Translations under genes and position numbers: made by a program
Shown: piece after piece, positions 25,080 to 36,877 of the stretch
Numbering within the stretch: the first letter of the stretch is position 1
How the letters are laid out: every line of letters begins with the position of its first letter
The notes under the pieces: model-generated
The model's database searches: none
Told to the model about the DNA's origin: nothing
The model's input: the letters and a program-made list of their open reading frames with translations, nothing else
Assembly: GCF_020745735.1 (NCBI RefSeq)
Contig: NC_083446.1
Span: 5,518,001-5,582,000, forward strand
From: Hemiscyllium ocellatum
Taxonomy: Eukaryota
DNA: 64,000 bases
Direction of reading: 5' to 3'

Positions 25080-28000
25080 TGGCCGTGCTAAATTGTCCCA
25101 TAGTGCCCTGGGATGTGCAGGTTAGGGGGGATTGGCCGTGCTAAATTGTCCCATAGTGCCCAGGGATGTGCAGGTTAGGGTGGATTGGCCGTGCTAAATT
25201 GTCCCATAGTGCCCAGGGATGTGCAGGTTAGGGTGGATTGGCCGTGCTAAATTGTCCCATAGTGCCCAGGGATGTGCAGGTTAGGGTGGATTGGCCGTGC
25301 TAAATTGTCCCATAGTGCCCAGGGATGTGCAGGTTAGGGTGGATTGGCCGTGCTAAATTGTCCCATAGTGCCCAGGGATGTGCAGGTTAGGGTGGATTGG
25401 CCGTGCTAAATTGTCCCATAGTGCCCAGGGATGTGCAGGTTAGGGTGGATTGGCCGTGCTAAATTGTCCCATAGTGCCCAGGGATGTGCAGGTTAGGGTG
25501 GATTGGCCGTGCTAAATTGTCCCATAGTGCCCAGGGATGTGCAGGTTAGGGTGGATTGGCCGTGCTAAATTGTCCCATAGTGCCCAGGGATGTGCAGGTT
25601 AGGGTGGATTGGCCGTGCTAAATTGTCCCATAGTGCCCTGGGATGTGCAGGTTAAGGTGGATTGGCCGTGCTAAATTGTCCCATAGTGCCCAGGGATGTG
25701 CAGGTTAGGGTGGATTGGCCGTGCTAAATTGTCCCATAGTGCCCAGGGATGTGCAGGTTAGGGTGGATTGGCCGTGCTAAATTGTCCCATAGTGCCCAGG
25801 GATGTGCAGGTTAGGGTGGATTGACCGTGCTAAATTGTCCCATAGTGCCCAGGGATGTGCAGGTTAGGGTGGATTGGCCGTGCTAAATTGTCCCATAGTG
25901 CCCAGGGATGTGCAGGTTAGGGTGGATTGGCCGTGCTAAATTGTCCCATAGTGCCCAGGGATGTGCAGGTTAGGGTGGATTGGCCGTGCTAAATTGTCCC
26001 ATAGTGCCCAGGGATGTGTAGGTTAGAGTGGATTGCCTGTGCTAAATTGTCCCATAGTGCCCAGGGTGTGCAGGTTAGGGTGGATTGGCCGTGCTAAACT
26101 GTCCCATAGTGTCCAGGGATGTGCAGGTTAGGGTGGATTGGCCGTGCTAAATTGTCCCATAGTGCCCAGGGATGTGTAGGTTAGAATGGATTGGCCGTGC
26201 TAAATTGTCCCATAGTGTCCAGGGATGTGTAGGTTAGAGTGGATTGGCCGTGCTAAATTGTCCCATAGTGCCCAGGGATGTGCAGGTTAGGGTGGATTGG
26301 CCGTGCTAAATTGTCCCATAGTGTCCAGGGATGTGTAGGTTAGAGTGGATTGGCCGTGCTAAATTGTCCCATAGTGCCCAGGGATGTGTAGGTTAGAGTG
26401 GATTGGCCGTGCTAGATTGTCCCATAGTGTCCAGGGATGTGCAGGTTAGGGTGGATTGGCCGTGCTAAATTGACCCCTAATGCTCAGGGAATGTGCAGGT
26501 TAGGGTGGATTGGCCGTGCTAAATTGTCCCATAGTGTCAAGGGATGTGCAGGTTAGGGTGGATTGGCCATGCTAAATTGTCCCATAGTGCCCAGGGATGT
26601 GTAGGTTAGGATGGATTGGCCATGCTACATTGTCCCATAGTGTCAAGGGATGGATTGGCCATGCTACATTGTCCCATAGTGTCAAGGGATGTGCAGGTTA
26701 GGGTGGATTGGCCGTGCTAAATTGTCCCAAAGAATCCAGGGATGTGCAGGTTATGGTGGATTGGCCATGCTAAACTGTCCCATAATGTCCAGGGATGTGC
26801 AGGTTAGGGTGGATTGGCTGTGCTAAATTGTCCCATAGTGCCCAGGGATGTGCAGGTTAGGGTGGATTGGCCGTGCTAAATTGTCCCATAGTGCCCAGGG
26901 ATGTGCAGGTTAGGGTGGATTGGCCGTGCTAAATTGTCCCATAGTGCCCAGGGATGTGCAGGTTAGGGTGGATTGACCGTGCTAAATTGACCCCTAATGC
27001 CCAGGGATGTGCAGGTTAGGGTGGATTGGCCGTGCTAAATTGTCCCATAGTGCCCAGGGATGTGCAGGTTGGGGTGGATTGGCCGTGCTAAATTGTCCCA
27101 TAGTGCCCAGGGATGTGCAGGTTAGCGTGGATTGGCCGTGCTAAATTGTCCCATAGTGTCCAGGGATGTGCAGGTTAGGGTGGATTGGCCGTGCTAAATT
27201 GTCCCATAGTGCCCAGGGATGTGCAGATTAGGGTGGATTGGCCGTGCTAAATTGTCCCATAGTGCCCAGGGATGTGCAGGTTAGGGTGGATTGGCCGTGC
27301 TAAATTGTCCCATAGTGCCCAGGGATGTGCAGGTTAGGGTGGATTGGCCGTGCTAAATTGTCCCATAGTGCCCAGGGATGTGCAGGTTAGGGTGGATTGA
27401 CCGTGCTAAATTGTCCCATAGTGCCCAGGGATGTGCAGGTTAGGGTGGATTGGCCGTGCTAAATTGTCCCATAGTGCCCAGGGATGTGCAGGTTAGGGTG
27501 GATTGGCCGTGCTAAATTGTCCCATAGTGCCCAGGGATGTGCAGGTTAGGGTGGATTGGCCGTGCTAAATTGTCCCATAGTGCCCAGGGATGTGTAGGTT
27601 AGAGTGGATTGCCTGTGCTAAATTGTCCCATAGTGCCCAGGGTGTGCAGGTTAGGGTGGATTGGCCGTGCTAAACTGTCCCATAGTGTCCAGGGATGTGC
27701 AGGTTAGGGTGGATTGGCCGTGCTAAATTGTCCCATAGTGCCCAGGGATGTGTAGGTTAGAATGGATTGGCCGTGCTAAATTGTCCCATAGTGTCCAGGG
27801 ATGTGTAGGTTAGAGTGGATTGGCCGTGCTAAATTGTCCCATAGTGCCCAGGGATGTGCAGGTTAGGGTGGATTGGCCGTGCTAAATTGTCCCATAGTGT
27901 CCAGGGATGTGTAGGTTAGAGTGGATTGGCCGTGCTAAATTGTCCCATAGTGCCCAGGGATGTGTAGGTTAGAGTGGATTGGCCGTGCTAGATTGTCCCA

Positions 28001-29677
28001 TAGTGTCCAGGGATGTGCAGGTTAGGGTGGATTGGCCGTGCTAAATTGACCCCTAATGCTCAGGGATTGTGCAGGTTAGGGTGGATTGGCCGTGCTAAAT
28101 TGTCCCATAGTGTCAAGGGATGTGCAGGTTAGGGTGGATTGGCCATGCTAAATTGTCCCATAGTGCCCAGGGATGTGTAGGTTAGGATGGATTGGCCATG
28201 CTACATTGTCCCATAGTGTCAAGGGATGGATTGGCCATGCTACATTGTCCCATAGTGTCAAGGGATGTGCAGGTTAGGGTGGATTGGCCGTGCTAAATTG
28301 TCCCAAAGAATCCAGGGATGTGCAGGTTATGGTGGATTGGCCATGCTAAACTGTCCCATAATGTCCAGGGATGTGCAGGTTAGGGTGGATTGGCTGTGCT
28401 AAATTGTCCCATAGTGCCCAGGGATGTGCAGGTTAGGGTGGATTGGCCGTGCTAAATTGTCCCATAGTGCCCAGGGATGTGCAGGTTAGGGTGGATTGGC
28501 CGTGCTAAATTGTCCCATAGTGCCCAGGGATGTGCAGGTTAGGGTGGATTGACCGTGCTAAATTGACCCCTAATGCCCAGGGATGTGCAGGTTAGGGTGG
28601 ATTGGCCGTGCTAAATTGTCCCATAGTGCCCAGGGATGTGCAGGTTGGGGTGGATTGGCCGTGCTAAATTGTCCCATAGTGCCCAGGGATGTGCAGGTTA
28701 GCGTGGATTGGCCGTGCTAAATTGTCCCATAGTGTCCAGGGATGTGCAGGTTAGGGTGGATTGGCCGTGCTAAATTGTCCCATAGTGCCCAGGGATGTGC
28801 AGATTAGGGTGGATTGGCCGTGCTAAATTGTCCCATAGTGCCCAGGGATGTGCAGATTAGGGTGGATTGGCCGTGCTAAATTGCCTCATAGTGTCCAGGG
28901 ATGTGCAGGTTAGGGTGGATTGGCCGTGCTAAATTGTCCCATAGTGTCCAGGGATGTGCAGGTTAGGGTGGATTGGCCGTGCTAAATTGTCCCACAGTGC
29001 CCAGGGATGTGTAGGTTAGGGTGGATTGGCCGTGCTAAATTGTCCCATAGTGCCCAGGGATGTGCAGGTTAGGGTGGATTGGCTGTGCTAGATTGCCCCA
29101 TTGTGTCCAGGGATGTGCAGGTTAGGGTGGATTGACCGTGCTAAATTGTCCCATAGTGTCCAGGGATGTGCAGGTTAGGGTGGATTGGCCATGCTAAATT
29201 GACCCCTAATGCTCAGGGATGTGTAGTTTAGGGTGGGTTGGCTGTGCTAAATTGTCCCCTAATGCCCAGGGATGTGCAGGTTAGGGTGGATTGGCCGTGG
29301 TAAATTGTCCCATAGTGCCCAGGGATGTGCAGGTTAGGGTGGATTGGCCGTGGTAAATTGTCCCAAAGTGCCCAGGGATGTGCAGGTTAGGGTGGATTGA
29401 CCGTGCTAAATTGTCCCATAGTGTCCAGGGATGTGCAGGTTAGGGTGGATTGGCCATGCTAAATTGACCCCTAATGCTCAGTAATGTGTAGTTTAGGGTG
29501 GGTTGGCTGTGCTAAATTGTCCCCTAATGCCCAGGGATGTGCAGGTTAGGGTGGATTGGCCGTGGTAAATTGTCCCATAGTGCCCAGGGATGTGCAGGTT
29601 AGGGTGGATTGGCCGTGGTAAATTGTCCCAAAGTGCCCAGGGATGTGCAGGTTAGGGTGGGTTGGCTGTGCTAAATT

Positions 29678-31113
29678 CTGGATCAGAGTGGTGCTGGAAA
29701 AGCACAGCAGTTCAGGCAGCATCCGAGGAGCAGGAAAATCGATGTCTTGGGCAGAAGCCTTTCATCAGGAATACAGGCAGAGAGCCTGAAGCGTGGAGAG
29801 ATAAGCTAGAGGAGGGTGGGTTGGGGAGAGAGTAGCATAGAGTACAATAGGTGAGTGGGGGAGGGGATGAAGGTGATAGGTCAGGGAGGAGGGTGAGGGA
29901 AGGTAGCAAATAGTACAATAGGTGAATGGGGGTGAGATGAAGGTGTTAGGTCAGGGAGGAGGGTGGAGTGGACAGGTGGGAAGGAAGATAGGCAGGTAAG
30001 ACAGGTCATGAGGACAGTGCTGAGCTGGAAGGCTGCAGCTGGGGTGAGGTAGGGGAAGGGGAAATGCGGAAGCTGTTGAAGTCCACATTAGTGCCCTGGG
30101 GTTGAAGTGTTCCAATGTGGAAGATGAGGCGTTCTTCGTCCAGGCGTCGGGTGGTGAGGGAGCGGCGGTGAAGGAGGCCCAGGACCTCCATGTCCTCGGT
30201 AGAGTGGGAGGGAGAGTTGAAATGTTGGGCCACAGACCCATGGGGTTGTTTGGTGCAGGTCCACGCCCCCCTACAACCCACCCTCCTATCCTGGCACCTT
30301 CCCCTGTCACCGCAGGAACTGTAAAACCTGTGCCCACACCTCCTCCCTCACCTCCATCCAAGGCCCTAAAGGAGCATTCCACATCCATCAAAGTTTTACC
30401 TGCACATCCACTAATATCATTTATTGTATCCGTTGCTCCCGATTCGGTCTCCTCTACATTGGGGAGACTGGACGCCTCCTAGCTGAGTGCTTTAGGGAAC
30501 ATCTCCGGGACACCCGGACCAATCAACCACACCGTCCCGTGGCCCAACATTTCAACTCCCCCTCCCACTCTGCCGAGGACATGGAGGTCCTGGGCCTCCT
30601 TCACCGCCGCTCCCTCACTACCAGACGCCTGGAGGAAGAATACCTCATCTTCCGCCTCAGAACACTTCAATGTGGACTTCAACAGTTTCCTAATTTCCCC
30701 TTCCCCCACCTCACGTCAGCTTCAGCCTTCCAGCTCAGCCCCGCCCCATGACCTGTCCTACCTGCCTATCTTCCTTTCCACCTATCCACTCCACCCTCCT
30801 CTCTGACCTATCACCTTCATCCCCACCCCCATCCACCCTTTGTACTCTTTGCTACCTTCCCCCACCCTCCTCCCTGACTTATTAACTTCTTCCCCTCCCC
30901 CACTCACCTATTGTACTCTTTGCTGCTTTCTCCCCACCCCCACCCTCCACACATTTATCCCTCCACCCCTCCGGCTCTCTGCCTGCACTCCTGATGAAGG
31001 GCTTCTGCCCAAAACGTCGATTTTCCTGCTCCTTGGAAGCTGCCTGACCTGCTGTGATTTTCCAGCACCACACTAATCCAGGTGCTGGTTTCCAGCGTCT
31101 GCAGTCATTGTTC
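29678..31113. mobile_element. Penelope-like insertion with inverted halves (copy 2, duplicate of 23646-25079)
   Basis: Same junctions and internal inversion point; differs from copy 1 by several small indels and substitutions. Confidence 0.82.
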
Positions 31114-32094
31114 TGGCCGTGCTAAATTGTCCCATAGTGCCCTGGGATGTGCAGGTTAAGGTGGATTGGCCATGCTAAATTGTCCCATGGTGCCCAGGGA
31201 TGTGCAGGTTAGGGTGGATTGGCCGTGCTAAATTGTCCCATAGTGCCCAGGGATGTGCAGGTTAGGGTGGATTGGCCGTGCTAAATTGTCCCATAGTGCC
31301 CAGGGATGTGCAGGTTAGGGTGGATTGGCCGTGCCAAATTGTCCCATAGTGTCAAGGGATGTGCAGGTTAGGGTGGATTGGCCATGCTAAATTGTCCCAT
31401 AGTGCCCAGGGATGTGTAGTTTAGGGTGGGTTGGCCGTGCTAAATTGTCCCATAGTGCCCAGGGATGTGTAGGTTAGGGTGGATTGGCCGTGCTAAATTG
31501 TCCCATAGTGCCCAGGGATGTGCAGGTTAGGATGGATTGGCCATGCTAAATTGTCCGATAGTGTCAAGGGATGTGCAGGTTAGGGTGGATTGGCCGTGCT
31601 AAATTGTTCCATAGTGCCCAGGGATGTGCAGGTTAGGATGGATGACTGTATTATATTAACCCATAGTGTCGTTTAGGAATAGGGTAGGGTGTGGGACATC
31701 CTTCAGAGTTTTGGTGTGGACTCAAGGGGCCGAATGGCCTGTTTCCACACTGTAGGGATTCTAACTGATCCATAATTCCTGTTTACTCTCTACCTTCTTT
31801 CTTTCTTGTAACTGGTAGAGCTACATCAGTTATCCTCTGCTCCATAAGAATTGTTCCAGGGTCAATACCATCTTGAAAGAAGCATTCCAGTATTTTGAGA
31901 GCCACTTCCTGAACTACTCTGGAACGACGATAATCAGGGATTTATGGACCCTTAACTCCATCAGTTTCCCATCCCACACACACTGCATTCACAGTCTCGG
32001 GACTGAGTTGACTTGCTCAACCTATGATGGTGCCCATAATTATAGCCGTCTCTTTAATACAATCCCTCCAGTGTGGGAGCAGCTAGCCCACCGC

Positions 32095-32535
32095 TGGGCA
32101 CTATGGGACAATCTCCCATGGCCAATCCACCCGAACCTACACATCCCTGGACACTACAGGCAATTTCCCATGGCCAGTCCACCCTAACCTTCACATGTCT
32201 GGACGCTACAGCCAATTTCCCATGGCCAATCCACCCTAACCTACACATCCCTGGACACTACAGGCAATTTCCCATGGCCAATCCACCCGAACCTACATAT
32301 CCCTGGACACTACAGGCAATTTCCCATGGCCAATCCACCTGAACCTACACATCCCTGGACACTACAGGCAATTTCCCATGGCCAAGCCACCCTAACATGC
32401 ACACCATCAGACTGTGGGAGGAAACCCACGCAGACACAGGGAGAACGTGCAAACTCCGCACCGACAGTCACCCGAGGCTGGAATCGAACCCAGGTCCCTG
32501 GAGTTATGAGGCACTAACCTCTGAGTCACAGTGTC
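32095..32535 (-). mobile_element. V-SINE with 5-6 copies of a ~54-bp variant of the internal unit
   Basis: Repeated catccctggacactacaggcaatttcccatggccaatccacc followed by SINE core and head. Confidence 0.8.
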
Positions 32536-32924
32536 TTTCCCACAGTTGCCACTGCATTTTGAGGTCATTACTGCCCCTGGGGGGTTTCTATACGTACAGA
32601 TTCCACTTCCCCAGAGCTAACTACCTCAACCGTAATTACGTCAATGTCTTCTTTAACAGGCAACTCTCCTGCCCTCGACCCCTCTTCCTCTTTCTCCCGC
32701 CTAAACACCTGAAATCCCTTGGATGGTCAGTTCCCATTCCCTGGTCTCTGTCATCCTAATTCTACCGTACATACTTACATTGATTCCTGCTGCTACTTCA
32801 TCCGCGTTATTGCAGACCCCTTTCAGTCTTCTTCCACCCACTCGGATTATATTATATTGTCCCCTTGTTTAACTCTTACCCAGGAATTCTCGGCCTCCCA
32901 CCTTCCTGAACTCCAATTCTGTCC

Positions 32925-33205
32925 TGGGCAGTGTTTGATGTGGGACAGTGTAGAGGTAGTTTTACTCTGGATCTAACCCCGTGCTGTCCCTATCCCTGGG
33001 AGTGTTTGATGGGGGACAGTGTATAGGGAGCTTTACTCTGTATCTAACCCCGTGCTGTCCCTGTCCCTGGGAGTGTTTGATGGGGGACAGTGTAGAGGGA
33101 GTTTTACTCTGTATCTAACCCCGTGCTGTCCCTATCCCTGGGAGTGTTTGATGGACAGTGTAGAGGGAGTTTTACCCTGTATCTAACCCCATGCTGCTGG
33201 GAGTG
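32925..33205. repeat. 70-bp minisatellite, opposite orientation, about 4 units
   Basis: gagtgtttgatgggggacagtgtagagggagctttactctgtatctaaccccgtgctgtccc repeats. Confidence 0.85.
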
Positions 33206-33934
33206 TCTGAATATAAGGTCGGGAGGAAGTGGGAGAGAATGTACAAAGGCCAAACGAGGATGGAGTGGCAAAGAGAGAGAGAGAGAGAGGAAGAAAGTTG
33301 GCGGTAAACTGATGATGGGTGGATGGTGGAGCCTTCTCTCTCAGCCCCCAGCCCTCCTCAGTCCCCTTGTGCTACTCACTCTCTCCCCACTGACATGGCT
33401 CTCGATAGCCAAGCACAGGAACCTTTCTATGGTGCCATTCTCTCACTGTCCGTGATGTAGGAGCAGACACAGGCCATTCAGCCCATCAGGTCTGTTCCAC
33501 ATTCAGTGAGATCATGGCTAACCTGATAGTCTCCCTCTCTCTCCCGATCCTTTCTCCTTCTGCACTCCTCCACTCTGCCACTCTCACGGGCACTTACTCT
33601 TCTGCCCTCTCTTTTTTACCCTCTGTGTTTCAATCCCTCTCCCCATCTCACTCGTCTTCTGTTCCTTCCTGTTGTTTGCCCATCTTTTTCTCTATCCCCT
33701 TGACCCTCTCTCTCGCTGTCTGTCACTATATCCATCCCTTTCTCTTACTGTCTCGTTCTCTCTATTTGTCCATGTGTCTGTCTCATTATCTTATATTTTC
33801 AGTCTGTCTGAGTCACTGACACAAAGACAGATTGATAGAGAGAGTGACTGGTAGAGACAGAGACTGACAGATGGAAAGCCTCAGGTAGATAGATAGACAG
33901 ACAGGCAGAGAGACAGGCAGAGAGACAGACATTC

Positions 33935-33970
33935 ATTCCTGATGAAGGGCTTATGCCTGAAACGTCGAAT
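33935..33970 (+). ncRNA. Minimal hammerhead ribozyme motif (family A) in a short Penelope-derived terminus (33931-34062) inserted in a GACA microsatellite
   Basis: attc-CUGAUGA-a-gggc(uuau)gccu-GAAA-c-GUC-gaau. Confidence 0.68.
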
Positions 33971-35636
33971 TTCCTGTTCCTTGGATGTTGCCTGACCTGC
34001 TGCGCTTTTCCAGCAACACATTTTCAGCTCTGATCTCCAGCATCTGCAGACCTGACTTTCTCCTCCAGAGAGACAGACAGGCAGAGACACAGACAGGTAG
34101 AGAGACAGANNNNNNNNNNNNNNNNNNNNNNNNNNNNNNNNNNNNNNNNNNNNNNNNNNNNNNNNNNNNNNNNNNNNNNNNNNNNNNNNNNNNNNNNNNN
34201 NNNNNNNNNNNNNNNNNNNNNNNNNNNNNNNNNNNNNNNNNNNNNNNNNNNNNNNNNNNNNNNNNNNNNNNNNNNNNNNNNNNAGAGGCAGACAGGTAGA
34301 CAGACAGAGAGACAGGCAGGTAGGTAGGCGGAGAGACAGGCAGACGGAGAGACAGGCAGGTAGATAAACAGAGGGACAGACAGAGACACAGACAGACAGG
34401 CAGGCAGAGACACAGACAGGCAGACAGACAGATAGGCAGGCAGGCAAACTGGCAGAGAGGTAGACTGGCAGAGAGGAAGACTGGCAGAGAGGTAGAGACT
34501 CACAGTCAGAGAAATACACAGTCAAACCAATAGATGAATGAATGAATGGATGGATGGATGGATGGATGTATGATCATCTTGTTGATTGAAAAATCATGGG
34601 CGATAGAAGATGCTCAAATGTGTGATACAAATGAAAGTTTTAAGAATTTATAACATGGTTGTAGACAGCCACGGTGTTAAATATAAACTATAAAATATGA
34701 GAGCGATTACACCGTTGGGACCATGTCACTCTGCGCAGAATCCCATATTGTTGCAAAATGTAAGTCTCCTTCATTTCCAAGCGAGATGGCTCAGCCCGAT
34801 CACACTCTGTACTTTCTATAATCATGTGTTGTCCAACAGGACATTGAATTTTCATTTACTCCTGATGACCTTTCGGGAGATTGGCTTGTCTTGTTGCCTG
34901 TATGTCCTGGATCTCGTTTGTGAACATTTTATCCTGAACCCCACTGCAGCTCAGAGTGGTTGCAGCACACTGTAGTATCTCGTTCACCATGGTTTTTCCT
35001 TCCCAGTTTGGTCTCTCTCTCTCTCACTCTCACACACACACTCTCTCCATCCCTTTGGTATCTCTTGCTTTTCTCTTGTCTTTCATCCTATTTCTGTCTC
35101 AACGCAAACTGTTCTAGATATCAGGCAGTCTAAAACCCTCTGTGTGGCATTTACAGTTCACTGAGTCTCTGTTTGTATCCACTGGATCATAGCTGCAAGA
35201 ATTTCTGTAGGAGAGAGGCAGGGAGAAGGGAGTTGGGGGTGGNNNNNNNNNNNNNNNNNNNNNNNNNNNNNNNNNNNNNNNNNNNNNNNNNNNNNNNNNN
35301 NNNNNNNNNNNNNNNNNNNNNNNNNNNNNNNNNNNNNNNNNNNNNNNNNNNNNNNNNNNNNNNNNNNNNNNNNNNACATTACTGTACAGTACAGGCCCTT
35401 CGGCCCTCAATGTTGTTCTGAAACCAATCTGAAGCCCTTCTAACCTACGCTATTCCATTTTCGTCCATATGTCTATCCAATGACCATTTAAATGCCCTTA
35501 AAGTGGGCAAGCGATTGTGAGGGGGAGAGGAAGAGAGAGTAGGAGACAGAGAAAAAGATGTGTGGGTGTGGGTGTGGGTGTGGGTGTGGGTGTGGGTGTG
35601 TGTGTGGGGGAGGAGACTAGTGGGATTGAGTAGTGA

Positions 35637-35795
35637 GGTCTGCAGATGCTGGAGATCAGAGCTGAAACTGTGTCGCTGGAAAAGCGCAGCAGGTCAGGCA
35701 GCATCCAAGGGCTCATGCCCGAAACGTCGACTCTCCTGCTCCTTGGCTGCTGCCTGACCTGCTGCGCTTTTCCAGCAACACATTTTCAGCTCAGA
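35637..35795. mobile_element. Short palindromic Penelope-derived element
   Basis: About 50-bp inverted arms around a half-hammerhead; flanking direct repeat attgagtagtga (35625-35636 and 35796-35807). Confidence 0.7.
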
Positions 35796-36420
35796 ATTGA
35801 GTAGTGATCCTAGTCCGAAGTATCGGAAGAGATTGTTGGACGCTGGAAAACAGGGATTTCAGTTGGTGTGGATAGACTTAGGGGTTGTGCTCCTTTGAAC
35901 ATGGGGAGTTTGAGCAGAAAAGTAATTGAGAAACTCAAGGCCATGAGGGGTCTTAATCCAGTCACAGAGTCTAACAGCATGGAAACACACCCTTTGGTCT
36001 AACCAGTCCATAATCCCAAACTAAACTAGTCCCATCTGCCTACTCCTGGCCCATCTCCCTCCAAACCCTTCCCTATTCATGTCCTTATCCAAATGTCTTT
36101 TAAACATTGTAAATGTACCCACAATCCACCACTTCCTCAGAAAGTCCATTCCACACATGTGTAAACAAATTGCCCCTTATGTCTTTTTTAAATCTTGCTT
36201 TTCCCACCTGAAAAATGTGCGCCCTAATCTTGAAAGCCCCCAATCAGAAGAAAATAAACCTCCACTCATCTTATCTAGGGCCCTCATGGCCTTGATAAGG
36301 TCACCTCTCAACCTCCTACGCTCTGGTGAAAAAAGTCCCAGGCTCTCCCTATGACTCAAACCCTCTATTCCTGACAACATCCTGGTAAACATCTCCAGTT
36401 GGATAATATCCTTCCTGTAA

Positions 36421-36826
36421 CAGGATTTGGAGAGGCCGGGGTTGGACTGGGGTGTACAAAGTTAAACAATTCCACAACACCAGGTTATAGTCCAACAGGT
36501 TTATTTGGAAGCACAGTAGCTTTCGGAGCGACGCTCCTTCATCAGGTGATTGTGGAGAATTAGATCGTAAGACACAGAATTTATAGCAAATATTTACAGT
36601 GTGATGTAACTGAAATAATATATTGAAAAAGATCTGGATTGTTTGTTAAGTCTCTCATCTTTTAGAATTACCATGGGTTTCAATTCTTTTGTATGTAAAT
36701 TGCAAAACTTGTTTTGAATCTAATTCTAAACTAAAAAACGGATTTGCAGAATCTTATATGGATTCATGCAGATTTTGAGCAAAGTAAAATGTAATTCTGC
36801 AAGTACAAATTCACCCCACAACCTTA

Positions 36827-36877
<51 letters not shown>

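Larger units (their letters stand above)
21080..31765 (+). repeat. V-SINE expanded by a 53-bp tandem array (gggatgtgcaggttagggtggattggccgtgctaaattgtcccatagtgccca), roughly 140 units in three blocks (21225-23645, 25079-29676, 31113-31645)
   Basis: SINE head at 21080-21225, SINE tail at 31650-31765; the unit is the SINE segment between them. Confidence 0.93.

Noticed and set aside
21225-31645. CRISPR-like or interstitial telomeric array
   Set aside because: Units are contiguous with no unique spacers, the context is eukaryotic, and TTAGGG occurs only once per 53-bp SINE-derived unit.
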